A DNA stretch of 64,000 nt, taken from NCBI GenBank assembly GCA_944392225.1, contig CALXWB010000002.1, positions 10,110 through 74,109 on the forward strand. Direction: 5' to 3'. Position 1 is the stretch's first letter, and every line of letters starts with the position of its first letter. Below are positions 35,091 through 44,746 of this stretch, in pieces. Source of the DNA: an uncultured Alphaproteobacteria bacterium. GTDB lineage: Bacteria > Pseudomonadota > Alphaproteobacteria > RF32 > CAG-239. The translations under genes and the position numbers were made by a program. Below the pieces are notes generated by a model that did no database searches, had not been told where the DNA came from, and saw only the letters and a program-made list of their open reading frames with translations.

Positions 35091-36410
35091 TTGCAAGACT
35101 TTCAAGAACAAAGAAAAAATTCAAAAGCCTGTGTTCTTTTTCCGCAAGTGAGCGGAAAAGAGTTTTCATTGTCGCCGGAATCAAGGCTTGAGGAAGCAGT
35201 GCGTCTGGCGCAAGCCATATGGCTTGATGTGGCTTGGGCAGAGATAATCAAGGTCAGAGAGATAAAACCGGCCATTTTTTTTGGCAACGGTGTTTTGGAA
35301 AAAATCAGCCAAAAGATTTCCGAAGAAAATATTGAGTTATTAATCATAGATTCTGCCTTAACGCCGATTCAGCAAAGAAATTTGGAAAAAAAACTCAAAA
35401 TCAAGGTCATTGATCGCACGGCCCTGATATTGGAGATTTTCGGTGAAAGGGCAAACACTAGAGAGGGCAATTTGCAAGTTGAGCTGGCGCATTTAACCTA
35501 TCAGCGCAGCCGCTTGGTCAGGAGCTGGACACACTTGGAAAGACAACGCGGCGGTGCCGGCTTTTTGGGCGGCCCCGGCGAAACGCAGATTGAGTTGGAC
35601 AGAAGAATAATTGATGATAAAATCGTGCGTATCAAAAAAGAGCTGGAAAAAGTCAAGCGCACGAGAGAATTGCAGCGCGGTTCCAGAAAAAAAGTTCCTT
35701 ACCCGATTGTGGCTCTGGTTGGATATACCAACGCCGGAAAATCAAGCTGGTTCAATTATTTAACCAAAGCCGGTGTCTTTGCCAAAGATTTGCTTTTTGC
35801 CACGTTGGATCCAACCATGAGAAAAATCCGTCTGCCATCTGGCAAAGAGATAATTTTGTCAGACACGGTCGGCTTTATTTCGGATTTGCCGCATGAACTG
35901 GTTATGTCTTTTCGCGCCACATTGGAAGAAGTTTTATCAGCCGACATTGTGGTCCATGTCAGAGATTTATCCAACCCCAATTATCAAGAACAAGGGCAAG
36001 ATGTTTTGAATGTGCTGAAAAAACTTGGCTTGGAACATATTGAAAATAAAGATAATTATATTGAGCTTTGGAACAAGGTAGATATTTTGTCGCCGGAAGA
36101 AAGAGCTTTTGTTGAAGCAAACGCCAAAAGGTTTTCCAATATCATTGCCACGTCGGCGCAAACGGGAGAAGGGGCAGATGCTTTTTTGCAGATGTTGGAT
36201 AAAAAACTTTCTGCCAAAGAAAAAATGATAGAGGTCAAGATTCCGTCTTCAGCCGGCAAAGACATTGCCTGGATATATAAAAATTCAGAGGTTATATCCA
36301 TAGAGAATAAGGAAGAATATCAGTTAATCAGAGCTAAAATAAGCCCGGTCAATCAAGAAAAATTGAACAAAAAATATAAAATAAAAATCTTTCCCGAGGT
36401 TGTAATTTAG
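35091..36410 (+). CDS. hflX: GTPase HflX
   Basis: Motifs are LEIFGERANTREGNLQVELAHLTYQRSRL, G1 GYTNAGKSS and DTVGFI. The exact start is uncertain; TTG 35091 is the only in-frame start near the hfq stop. Confidence 0.9.
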   Translation: MQDFQEQRKNSKACVLFPQVSGKEFSLSPESRLEEAVRLAQAIWLDVAWAEIIKVREIKPAIFFGNGVLEKISQKISEENIELLIIDSALTPIQQRNLEKKLKIKVIDRTALILEIFGERANTREGNLQVELAHLTYQRSRLVRSWTHLERQRGGAGFLGGPGETQIELDRRIIDDKIVRIKKELEKVKRTRELQRGSRKKVPYPIVALVGYTNAGKSSWFNYLTKAGVFAKDLLFATLDPTMRKIRLPSGKEIILSDTVGFISDLPHELVMSFRATLEEVLSADIVVHVRDLSNPNYQEQGQDVLNVLKKLGLEHIENKDNYIELWNKVDILSPEERAFVEANAKRFSNIIATSAQTGEGADAFLQMLDKKLSAKEKMIEVKIPSSAGKDIAWIYKNSEVISIENKEEYQLIRAKISPVNQEKLNKKYKIKIFPEVVI

Positions 36411-36465
36411 AGAGAAAAGCATACATAAAAAAACAGCATAATTTTCAAAAAACGGAGTATGATTT

Positions 36466-36861
36466 ATGAAAAAATATTTTTTATCGGTAGTGTTGTTTTT
36501 AATGGCCTGCAACACCAATGGTGCCATATTATATCAAGAAAATTTGGAAAAATGGGTCGGCATGCCCGAGCCGGCGCTTTATGATTCATGGGGGCAGCCA
36601 AACGCGGTTTGGAATATTGATCCGCAGACCAAAGTCGTTACCTATATCACCAGCCAAAACTTGCCGATAAACGGCGATACAGACCCTTATAATGGTGTTG
36701 GGGTTGCAGAAAATGGTCTTTTTCAAGATGATTTCGGTGAAAATTTGTGGGATGATCAAAATGCCATGTATTATTGCAAAACCTCATTTACCATCACCAA
36801 CGGTGTGGTTGTAAATTACAATTTTAATGGCGATGATTGCATAATGCCGGTAAAATTTTAA
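36466..36861 (+). CDS. Small lipoprotein, uncharacterised
   Basis: It has a signal peptide with a lipobox (VVLFLMAC). The stop overlaps the next start (TAATG, 36859-36863). Confidence 0.55.
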   Translation: MKKYFLSVVLFLMACNTNGAILYQENLEKWVGMPEPALYDSWGQPNAVWNIDPQTKVVTYITSQNLPINGDTDPYNGVGVAENGLFQDDFGENLWDDQNAMYYCKTSFTITNGVVVNYNFNGDDCIMPVKF

Positions 36862-37742
36862 TGGTGGAATTTCAAGACTTATCATTAGAAATAAAAGACA
36901 AATATCAGATTTGTTATCAAGCCGGTGCACAAAAAAGCTCAGATACAAGTTTTATAAATTTATGGGCATGGCAAGAAAAATATCAAACCCAAGTGGCGTT
37001 TGATAAGGATTTATGTTGGCTAAAATTTGGAAAAGAGAGTGAAAAGGTCTATGGCTCCCCGCAAGGAGATTGGCAAAAGCCGGATTGGAACAAAGCCTTA
37101 AAAACACAATTTTCCAAAGGCGCCAGGTTTGTTCATATCCCGGAAAAATTGTTAAATATCATCAAAAAACAATATCAAGGTGATTTGATGGTTGAAGAAG
37201 ACCGCGATAATTGGGAATATTTATACCATATCTCGGATTTAATTGCTCTTTCGGGAGAAATATATAGAAACCAGCGCAAATTATCCAATCAATTCATTCA
37301 AAAAGGCTATGAGATTGAAGAGATAAATGAACAAAATTTGCAAGAGGTCAGATTTTTTCAACAACAGTGGCTGTCTCAACCACAAGTTAAAGAAAAAACA
37401 GATTTATTGCAAAATGAAAATAAGGCAATTGACAAAGTTTTGGCCGGTTGGAAAATATTTCAACCGCAAATATTCGGCATTTTGTTAAAACAAGACGGTA
37501 AGACGGTCGGTTATACCATTGCCGAAAAACAAGATGCCGATACGTTGATTATTCATTTTGAAAAAGCGCTTTATGAGGTGCGTGGTGCATATCCGGCGCT
37601 CAACCGCATCACCTTGCAAAACAATGCCGAATATAAAATTGTCAATCGGGAGCAAGATTTAGGCTTGGAAGGTTTAAGACGAGCAAAAATGGAGTATAAT
37701 CCATTCGGTTTTATAAAAAAATATAACTTCACGTTATTATAG
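36861..37742 (+). CDS. DUF2156-like protein (MprF C-terminal / GNAT-fold related)
   Basis: Track ORF 36837..37742, with ATG 36861 coupled to the upstream stop. SFINLWAWQEKYQTQVAFDKDLCWLKF resembles the DUF2156 N-terminal signature. Confidence 0.6.
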   Translation: MVEFQDLSLEIKDKYQICYQAGAQKSSDTSFINLWAWQEKYQTQVAFDKDLCWLKFGKESEKVYGSPQGDWQKPDWNKALKTQFSKGARFVHIPEKLLNIIKKQYQGDLMVEEDRDNWEYLYHISDLIALSGEIYRNQRKLSNQFIQKGYEIEEINEQNLQEVRFFQQQWLSQPQVKEKTDLLQNENKAIDKVLAGWKIFQPQIFGILLKQDGKTVGYTIAEKQDADTLIIHFEKALYEVRGAYPALNRITLQNNAEYKIVNREQDLGLEGLRRAKMEYNPFGFIKKYNFTLL

Positions 37743-38195
37743 GTTATTCAATTTGTTATGGCGAACAATGAGCCCTTTGCGCAAATTTTTGGCTTTGGCG
37801 GTGCCGGCATTGAGCTCCAGAACGGCTTTTGTTTTTGCCGGAGAATAAACCAAATCTTCAGAAAGAGGCGGCACATTTTCAACAATACCGCTGATTTTGT
37901 TGTTTTCATCAATAAAAATCATATCCAAGGGAATATAAGTGTTTTTCATCCAAAAGGCGGTATTCCTGGGTGATGGAAAAACAAAAATCATACCGTTTTC
38001 TTCGGGCATGGATTTCCGATACATTAAGCCTGTGGCCATTTCGTCATTAGATAGGGCAGTTTCTACATTAAAAGCAATTTGTTTTTTGCCGCTGCCGATA
38101 TAAAGAGGAGAGAGCTCGCGCACGGGGTTTTTATCTGTTTCAAAACAAGCCGTGATAAAAAACAACAAAACCGGCAAAACAAAAATTTTTTTCAT
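37737..38195 (-). CDS. DUF192-family exported (lipo)protein
   Basis: Track ORF 37737..38471 is over-extended. ATG 38195 (MKKIFVLPVLLFFITAC) follows AAGGA. Motifs are GLMYRKSMPEENGMIFVF, FWMKNTYIPLDMIFID and AVLELNAG. Confidence 0.75.
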   Translation of the reverse strand: MKKIFVLPVLLFFITACFETDKNPVRELSPLYIGSGKKQIAFNVETALSNDEMATGLMYRKSMPEENGMIFVFPSPRNTAFWMKNTYIPLDMIFIDENNKISGIVENVPPLSEDLVYSPAKTKAVLELNAGTAKAKNLRKGLIVRHNKLNNL

Positions 38196-38199
38196 GAAC

Positions 38200-38724
38200 T
38201 TAATCCTTGGCATTAATTTTTTTAGGTTTCCACGGAGAAACAAAAACCGGCCCGCGCTGAGAAAGTCTGATTCGGCTGTTGTTTTTGAAAGGAGCCGGCT
38301 CATCCTGGGCAAATTTTTCCAGTTGAGAAATATCAACGGCGGCAATTTCTTTGTTTTTGAAGCAATTTTTAAAAGCCTCGGTTTGCAAAACTTCGTCACG
38401 CAAATCAAGCAAAGGTTTTTGAGCAAATTGCTGCGCCGTATTTTGCATAAAAGGATGGAGCTTATCGGCAAGTTTTACCGGCGGCATAAAAGGGTGCCCA
38501 TTGGCAAAAATTTTTAAAAGGTTGGGCTCAAAAAAACCTTTTTCAGAAACCAAAAACATGGCCGGAAACAAAACCTCGTCAGGGTGCAGTTTCAAATAAG
38601 ACATTTGTGCCAAAAAAAGCAGGTGATGGAGTTTTTCATCTTCCAAATGCAGGTGGTTGTTTTCAGCATATTGCAAAAACCAATAAGCGGCATCAACGGC
38701 AGAAGCAAGGGCAAATTTTTTCAT
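38200..38724 (-). CDS. Panacea (DUF4065)-like domain protein
   Basis: VDAAYWFLQYAENNHLHLEDEKLHHLLFLAQMSYLKL...EKGFFEPNLLKIF parallels the Panacea/GepA pattern (A..yFL...L...KLqKLLYyAQ...GPv.pevY). The start is either 38724 or 38766. Confidence 0.5.
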   Translation of the reverse strand: MKKFALASAVDAAYWFLQYAENNHLHLEDEKLHHLLFLAQMSYLKLHPDEVLFPAMFLVSEKGFFEPNLLKIFANGHPFMPPVKLADKLHPFMQNTAQQFAQKPLLDLRDEVLQTEAFKNCFKNKEIAAVDISQLEKFAQDEPAPFKNNSRIRLSQRGPVFVSPWKPKKINAKD

Positions 38725-38893
38725 ATCAAGCGTCCCGAAAAAAATCAAACTAAAATGATTATACAAAAAAAAGCATAAAACAAAAATGATAAAAATTGCT
38801 TGTTAATTATTTTTTTGCTCTTGTTTTATGACGGAGAATATTATATCAATAAAAAGAATTAATTCAAAAACAAATTAATATGGGATAAATGCA

Positions 38894-39694
38894 ATGAAAG
38901 CGCTTCAAGAGATAAAAAAATATTGCGGTATAATCGGTATTGCCGCCATACTGAGTTCATGCAGCTCAGCAGTTTTTCCCGATGTTATAGAAGATGAAGA
39001 AGACACCATTGTTAATGATAATGGTGAAGACAGCTCTTTTGTCGGTCACAAAAGCAAAAAGATTGAGCTTTCCATGCCGGAAGAAGGAGAAAGCCTGAAA
39101 GCCGATGACAAAAACGTGGCCTATGATGAAGAACGGCCGGATATTCCTTTTGCCGCCAAAACCAAGCCGGTGAAAAAAGAAGAGCTCAAAGCCAATAAGA
39201 AAGAAGCAGAAAAGCAGTTATCTGAAAACAAAGCTGCCAAACAAGACAAACCGGCAGAAAAAGTTGCAATTCCGGCCAAAAAAGATGTCATTGTGCCTCA
39301 AGTTACCGCTGTGGAAGAAAACACGGTTCCGAGCGTGAGCTATCGGTTAGATACGTTTTATTTCAACAACGGCAGTTCATCACTGGATTCTCAATATAAT
39401 AAGCAGATTCGCAATATTGTAAAATTGGCAAAATCAAAAAAGAATGCCATTGTTATTGTGAAGGGTTATGCCTCAAGCCGCACCCGCAACACAGATCCCG
39501 TGAGCCACAAGCTGGCTAATTTCAAGGTATCTCAAGCCAGAGCGCAAAGTGTGGCCAAGGCTTTGATGAGCTATGGTCTTTCAGCAGACAAAATCCAAAC
39601 CGAGGCGTTATCTGATTCCATGCCGGCATATCAAGAGGTCATGCCCGAAGGCGAGCGTTTGAACCGCCGTGCCGAAGTTTATATCATGTATTAA
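38894..39694 (+). CDS. OmpA-family peptidoglycan-binding lipoprotein
   Basis: It has a lipobox (AAILSSCSS), a K/E-rich linker and a C-terminal OmpA-like domain (FYFNNGSSSLD...VIVKGYAS...NFKVSQARAQSVAKAL...NRRAEVYI). Confidence 0.8.
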   Translation: MKALQEIKKYCGIIGIAAILSSCSSAVFPDVIEDEEDTIVNDNGEDSSFVGHKSKKIELSMPEEGESLKADDKNVAYDEERPDIPFAAKTKPVKKEELKANKKEAEKQLSENKAAKQDKPAEKVAIPAKKDVIVPQVTAVEENTVPSVSYRLDTFYFNNGSSSLDSQYNKQIRNIVKLAKSKKNAIVIVKGYASSRTRNTDPVSHKLANFKVSQARAQSVAKALMSYGLSADKIQTEALSDSMPAYQEVMPEGERLNRRAEVYIMY

Positions 39695-39710
39695 TCAAGG
39701 TTTGATATAA

Positions 39711-41480
39711 GTGGAAGACGTTTCTGACAACGAAAAATCATTGGGAGGCAACCTTTGGAAGGTTGCCTCTGTCAATGAGCGTTTGGCAGAAAACATTGCA
39801 CAAAAATATCATCTCCCGTATTTAGTTTCCAAAATATTGGTTTTGCGCGGCGTAGGGGTAGATGATGTCCCAAATTTCATCACACCCAAGCTCCAGACTT
39901 TGCTGCCGGATCCTTCTTGCTTAAAAGATATGGACAAGGCGGCGCAAAGGATTGCCGAGGCCATAATAAACAAAGAAAAAATTGCCATTATTGGGGATTA
40001 TGATGTTGACGGAGCCACCTCATCATCTGTTTTGCGTTTATACTTGGAAGCCGTCGGCATCAATCCCGAGATTCACATTCCGGACCGTGAAGAAGGCTAT
40101 GGCCCGAGCAAACAAGCCATAGATTCATTTTTGGCCATGGGAATAAATTTTGTCATCACCACAGATTGCGGCACCAGTGCTTTTGAAACCTTTGAATATG
40201 CCAAAGAAAAAAATGTGGAAGTCATTGTGCTGGATCACCATGAGGCAGAGGTGCGGTTGCCGCCGGCATATGCCATTGTCAACCCCAAACGCCTGGATGA
40301 AGATTGCCCGGTTGAATATCTGAAATATATGGCTGCGGTAGGCGTGGTTTTCATGGCCATTGTGGCGGTCAATCGAGAGCTGCGTAAAAAAGGCTTTTTC
40401 ACGCCTGAAAGGCCGGAGCCAAATTTACTGCAGTGGCTGGATTTGGTTGCGCTCGGCACGGTGTGTGATGTTGTGCCGCTTAAAGGGGTGAACAGGGCTT
40501 TTGTCCGCCAAGGGTTAAAAGTCATGTCTCGGCGCACCAACCCCGGCATCAAAGCCCTTGTTGACAAAGCCGGTATAACCGAGGCTCCCACGGCTTTCCA
40601 TTTGGGATATGTTTTGGGCCCGAGAATCAATGCCTGCGGTCGTGTCGGAGATTCGGCATTTGGCAATAAATTGCTCTGTATCAAAGATGAAAATCAGGCC
40701 AAATTGCTGGCAGATAAGTTGACAGAGTTCAACGAGCAAAGAAAAGAAATTGAAAACTATGTCTTGTTAAATGCCATAGAAATATTGGAAGGCACCCCGC
40801 AAACATACCCGATTGCATTTGTTTATGGACATGATTGGCATCAAGGCGTGATCGGTATCGTAGCCGGAAAGTTAAAAGAAAGATACAATCTGCCGTCTTT
40901 TGTCATGTCTATAGAGGCAGACGAGGTCAAAGGTTCGGCACGCTCCATTCCGCAGGTTGACTTGGGCGCATTAATCATTTCGGCCAAAGAAAAAGGCTTA
41001 TTGACCAAAGGCGGCGGCCACACCATGGCGGCGGGTTTTTCGTTAAATGAAGATAAGCTTGAGGCTTTTAGAGATTTTGTCGGGCAATATGTGAGTGAAA
41101 AAATCGGCCAAGAAGCCATCACTCCGGTGATAGATATTGACGGTGAGTTGGACTTGTCCGGCGCCACGGTAGATTTGGCCGAGAGTTTATCTCAGCTGGA
41201 GCCTTTCGGCTCGGGCAATGCCGAACCTAAAATTATGTTGCATCGGGTAAAGATAAACAAAGCGTCCATCATCGGCAGCGGGCATGTGCGCTGTTTTTTG
41301 GGCTCGGATCACGGAGGTTCGCTCAAGGCAATTGCTTTTCGTGTGGCGGATAATGACATTGGCCAAGCCATGCTCAATGCTAAGGGCGAGTTTTTTGACG
41401 TTGTCGGAATTTTGAGAAAAGACAATTGGCAAGGGCGCAATTCGGTGCAATTTATCATAGAAGATATCAAGAGGTGCTAA
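39711..41480 (+). CDS. recJ: Single-stranded-DNA-specific exonuclease RecJ
   Basis: DHH motifs are IGDYDVDGATSS, ITTDCG and LDHH, and DHHA1 is GGGHTMAAG. The start is GTG. Confidence 0.92.
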   Translation: MEDVSDNEKSLGGNLWKVASVNERLAENIAQKYHLPYLVSKILVLRGVGVDDVPNFITPKLQTLLPDPSCLKDMDKAAQRIAEAIINKEKIAIIGDYDVDGATSSSVLRLYLEAVGINPEIHIPDREEGYGPSKQAIDSFLAMGINFVITTDCGTSAFETFEYAKEKNVEVIVLDHHEAEVRLPPAYAIVNPKRLDEDCPVEYLKYMAAVGVVFMAIVAVNRELRKKGFFTPERPEPNLLQWLDLVALGTVCDVVPLKGVNRAFVRQGLKVMSRRTNPGIKALVDKAGITEAPTAFHLGYVLGPRINACGRVGDSAFGNKLLCIKDENQAKLLADKLTEFNEQRKEIENYVLLNAIEILEGTPQTYPIAFVYGHDWHQGVIGIVAGKLKERYNLPSFVMSIEADEVKGSARSIPQVDLGALIISAKEKGLLTKGGGHTMAAGFSLNEDKLEAFRDFVGQYVSEKIGQEAITPVIDIDGELDLSGATVDLAESLSQLEPFGSGNAEPKIMLHRVKINKASIIGSGHVRCFLGSDHGGSLKAIAFRVADNDIGQAMLNAKGEFFDVVGILRKDNWQGRNSVQFIIEDIKRC

Positions 41481-42194
41481 ATGGGAAAAAACAATCAGGT
41501 TAAGCAAAGAGCCAAACATATCAAAAAAATCAGATTAGAGCGGGAAAGAGCTGTTTTTATGAAAGTCGGAGCCAAAATCAGGGCTTATTTGTTCACGGGA
41601 ATTTTGGTCACGGCGCCGGTTGCCATCACTTTTTATATGGCCTATAAGTTCATCTTTTGGGTAGACGGCATGGTTGGTAAAATGATGCCGCCGCAAGTAA
41701 GAGAGTATCTGATAATGTATGATATCCCGATGATTCCGGGGTTGGGTTTGGTGATATTGATAGCAACGCTCATATTTGTCGGCATGTTTGCCGCCGGTTT
41801 TTTAGGCAAATTTTTCATGCGGTTAGGTGAGTGGATTGTCTATAAGCTCCCCGTAATATCGAGTGTATATTCGCTGTTAAAACAAGTGTTTGAAACATTT
41901 CTCTCCAACAAAACGCAATCTTTCAGCAAGGTTGTCATGTTGGAATATCCGCGCAAAGGTATCTGGATTTTGGGCTTTGTCAGTTCAGATACCAAAGGAG
42001 AGGTGAAAAACCAGTTTGGAGAGGAGATGTTGAATATCTTCATTCCGACCACGCCGAACCCCACATCGGGCTTTTTAATATTTGTTCCCAAAAAAGACAC
42101 GATTGAGCTGAACATGACGGTGGAAGAGGGGTTGAAGTTTGTCATTTCTTGCGGAATTGTCGAACCTGGAGAAGAAAAAAACAAAAAGAAATAA
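41481..42194 (+). CDS. DUF502-family membrane protein
   Basis: Two TM helices are followed by RKGIWILGFVSSD...IFIPTTPNPTSGFLIFVPK, a typical DUF502 signature. Confidence 0.75.
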   Translation: MGKNNQVKQRAKHIKKIRLERERAVFMKVGAKIRAYLFTGILVTAPVAITFYMAYKFIFWVDGMVGKMMPPQVREYLIMYDIPMIPGLGLVILIATLIFVGMFAAGFLGKFFMRLGEWIVYKLPVISSVYSLLKQVFETFLSNKTQSFSKVVMLEYPRKGIWILGFVSSDTKGEVKNQFGEEMLNIFIPTTPNPTSGFLIFVPKKDTIELNMTVEEGLKFVISCGIVEPGEEKNKKK

Positions 42195-42268
42195 ATTTTT
42201 GTTATTTTTGAAAGAAAAAGCTTGATTATTTGACAAGAGTATTTTATACAAACACTAGTTTTGATAAT

Positions 42269-42355
42269 GCGGCCATGGCGGAATTGGTAGACGCGTAACG
42301 TTGAGGTCGTTATGGGAGATATCCCGTGGAAGTTCAAGTCTTCTTGGCCGCACCA
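42269..42355 (+). tRNA. tRNA-Leu (anticodon GAG), class II, CCA encoded
   Basis: The acceptor GCGGCCA pairs with TGGCCGC. The anticodon arm is TAACG-TTGAGGT-CGTTA, there is a long variable arm, the T-arm is GGAAG-TTCAAGT-CTTCT, and the 3' end is ACCA. Confidence 0.95.
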
Positions 42356-42370
42356 ATTCAAAACCAAACA

Positions 42371-42399
42371 CGCCCGCCAAACAGACTGCGGGTTTTTTT
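42371..42399 (+). terminator. Rho-independent terminator after tRNA-Leu
   Basis: cccgc (42373-42377) pairs with gcggg (42388-42392), followed by TTTTTTT. Confidence 0.65.
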
Positions 42400-42423
42400 A
42401 TGAGCTTTTTTTAAGGAGGTAAC

Positions 42424-43845
42424 ATGAGCAAAAGCAAGAAACAAGTTGTTATACTTCCCAAAAAAAGAAAGTTTAATAAGAAGAAAAAACAGCATGATCA
42501 GTTTTTGGGCCTTGGCCCCAAGATGGTCAGTTCCGTCATCAAAGCCTTAGATAAAGACAATATCAAACACATACGCAAAATAGCCGACGGCCTGAGCGAA
42601 TATGAGCTGGCTCGTTTGCTTGAAGCTCTTGACAACGAGCAACGTCTGCGTTTGTTGGAAATTTTGGGAGATAAGGTCAATCCCGATGTGTTTCCTGAGT
42701 TAAACGAGGTTGTTCAAGAGCAGATTATTGACAATTTGGATGAAGATCAGGTCGTCAAAATTGTCAATGAGCTGGATTCTGAAGATGCGGTAGAAATTTT
42801 GGAGCATATGGATGATGATGAGCAAGCGCAAATCATCAACCGTTTGGACCCGGAGTTAAAATATCAGGTCAAGTCATCATTTTCCTACCCGGAAGATTCG
42901 GCCGGGCGTATCATGTCGCGAGATTTTGTGGCCGTGCCGGATAGCTGGAGCGTAAAAGAAGCCAGGGAGTTTTTGCTGAAAGACCAAGACCTGCCGGATG
43001 AGTTTTATGAAATATTCATCACCGATTCTTTATATCACCCGGTTGGACAAATCAGCCTTGACAAGCTGATTCGCTCCAAACCGACGGAGCAGTTGAGCAA
43101 CATCATGGACGGAGAAGTCTGCCCGATAGATGCTTATACCGACCAAGAAGAAGTGGCGCACATGTTTAGAGAATATGGCTGGATGTCAGCCATGGTGGTT
43201 GACAATAAGGGACGTTTGGTCGGCACCATCACGGTAGATGATGTGGTTCACATTGTGCATGAAGAAGCCAGTGAAGATATCATGCACTTGTCAGGAACCG
43301 AGGAAGGAGATGTTTATAAATCCGTTTTCAGCATTTTCCGTTCTCGTTCTGTTTGGCTGATAACAAACTTATTTGCCACCATATTGGCATCATATGTGGT
43401 CAAAGGTTTTCAAGACATCATAGCCGAAGTGTCCACCTTGGCGGTTTTGATGCCGATTGTGGCCTCCATGGGCGGCACAACGGGACAGCAGACATTGGCG
43501 GTTGTGGTCAGAGCCTTGGCCACCAAAGAATTGACGGCACGAAACACTCTTAAAGTAATAGGTAAAGAATTTACCGTAGGTATTTGTAATGGTGCATTAT
43601 TTGCTGCGTTAATCTGGGGCGTAACACATATCATGTTTCCAGATAAAATCATGATTAGCAATATCATAGCCGTGGCCATGATGTGCAACCTGACAATTGC
43701 AGGTTTGGCCGGGATATTGATTCCGCTGACCTTAAACAAGTTAAAGATAGATCCGGCGGTATCTTCCGGCGTGTTTTTGATAGCCATGACAGATTCCGGC
43801 GGCTTTTTCATCTTTTTGGGTTTGGCCAAAATTTTTCTGTTTTGA
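42424..43845 (+). CDS. mgtE: Magnesium transporter MgtE
   Basis: It has an N domain, tandem CBS domains (SAGRIMSRDFVAV; MVVDNKGRLVGTITVDDV) and a TM domain with GGTTGQQ. AAGGAGG RBS is present. Confidence 0.93.
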   Translation: MSKSKKQVVILPKKRKFNKKKKQHDQFLGLGPKMVSSVIKALDKDNIKHIRKIADGLSEYELARLLEALDNEQRLRLLEILGDKVNPDVFPELNEVVQEQIIDNLDEDQVVKIVNELDSEDAVEILEHMDDDEQAQIINRLDPELKYQVKSSFSYPEDSAGRIMSRDFVAVPDSWSVKEAREFLLKDQDLPDEFYEIFITDSLYHPVGQISLDKLIRSKPTEQLSNIMDGEVCPIDAYTDQEEVAHMFREYGWMSAMVVDNKGRLVGTITVDDVVHIVHEEASEDIMHLSGTEEGDVYKSVFSIFRSRSVWLITNLFATILASYVVKGFQDIIAEVSTLAVLMPIVASMGGTTGQQTLAVVVRALATKELTARNTLKVIGKEFTVGICNGALFAALIWGVTHIMFPDKIMISNIIAVAMMCNLTIAGLAGILIPLTLNKLKIDPAVSSGVFLIAMTDSGGFFIFLGLAKIFLF

Positions 43846-43936
43846 AATAAATATGTATATTTTGCAGTTAAAACTTTCTATATAAGAAAAAAAAGATTAT
43901 GATAGAAAGAATTTTTTAATAGATTGGAGCTAAAAT

Positions 43937-44413
43937 ATGATATTAGGGTTAAGCATAGCCGTGGTCGTTTTTGCACTGGACCAACTGAGCAAATATTATG
44001 TTATGGAGCATGTTGTCAATGAATATGGCGTCATAACATTTACCTCGTTTTTCAACCTGGTCAGAGCATGGAACACGGGTGTGAGCTTTTCTATGTTTAA
44101 TAATTATGGACAATTGGGCGTGATCATGTTATCACTGAGCGCAATCATAATTGTTGGCTTTTTATGCTATTGGCTGTATAAAGAAAAAAATATTTTAACG
44201 CAAGTTTCACTGGGCTTTATAATCGGCGGTGCTTTGGGTAATGTTGTAGACAGAATCCAAAGAGGTGCGGTGTTTGACTTTTTAGATTTTCATTTAGGAG
44301 ATCATCATTGGCCGGCCTTCAATTTGGCAGATAGTTTCATCTGCATCGGCGCAACGATTATCATTGTTCAAAGTTTGTTTTTTACAAATAAAAAAGAGGA
44401 AGATAGAAAATGA
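43937..44413 (+). CDS. lspA: Lipoprotein signal peptidase (signal peptidase II)
   Basis: Motifs are DQLSKYYV, NTGVSFSMF, GGALGNVVDR and FNLADSFICIG. Confidence 0.92.
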   Translation: MILGLSIAVVVFALDQLSKYYVMEHVVNEYGVITFTSFFNLVRAWNTGVSFSMFNNYGQLGVIMLSLSAIIIVGFLCYWLYKEKNILTQVSLGFIIGGALGNVVDRIQRGAVFDFLDFHLGDHHWPAFNLADSFICIGATIIIVQSLFFTNKKEEDRK

Positions 44414-44736
44414 AAAAAGAAGTTTTGGTGGTTATGGCGTCAGCATTGATGCTGGCTTCATGCGGAAATGTCACCAAAGAAAAATTGGGCTTGAATAAAC
44501 AAGCTCCGAACGAGTTTATGGTATCAACCAAGGCCCCGTTGACCATGCCGCCTTCGGCAAACCTCAACCCGGTTACGCCGGCGCCTTCGGTTCAGCCCAA
44601 AATTGTTTTAAACAACGTGACCACGGAAGAGGCCGCTTTTGTTAAAAAATTCACACAAACATCAACCATTGCCCGAATAGATGAAATCAGCAATGCCATT
44701 GACAAAGAGTTGAGCCGTTTGGGAAACAACGGATAA
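44410..44736 (+). CDS. DUF3035 (BamF-like) lipoprotein
   Basis: It has a lipobox (LMLASCGN) and the motif APNEFMVSTKAPLTMPP. There is a 4-nt ATGA overlap with lspA. It is in the conserved alphaproteobacterial position after lspA. Confidence 0.7.
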   Translation: MKKEVLVVMASALMLASCGNVTKEKLGLNKQAPNEFMVSTKAPLTMPPSANLNPVTPAPSVQPKIVLNNVTTEEAAFVKKFTQTSTIARIDEISNAIDKELSRLGNNG

Positions 44737-44746
44737 TTCCGCGCAT

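Noticed and set aside
37737-38471. 244-aa version of the DUF192 ORF as given in the track.
   Set aside because: The first 92 codons overlap the Panacea-like gene in another frame and look non-protein-like. The internal ATG at 38195 has an AAGGA RBS and starts a canonical lipoprotein signal peptide.
42356-42423. Mg2+ (M-box) riboswitch upstream of mgtE.
   Set aside because: Only 68 nt separate tRNA-Leu from the mgtE start, and most of it is a simple terminator hairpin plus RBS. That is far too short for an M-box.
42424-42540. Unusually basic N-terminal extension of MgtE (MSKSKKQVVILPKKRKFNKKKKQHDQ), considered as a separate small ORF or signal.
   Set aside because: It is in frame and continuous with mgtE behind a strong AAGGAGG RBS. 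It is most simply a lineage-specific N-terminal tail.
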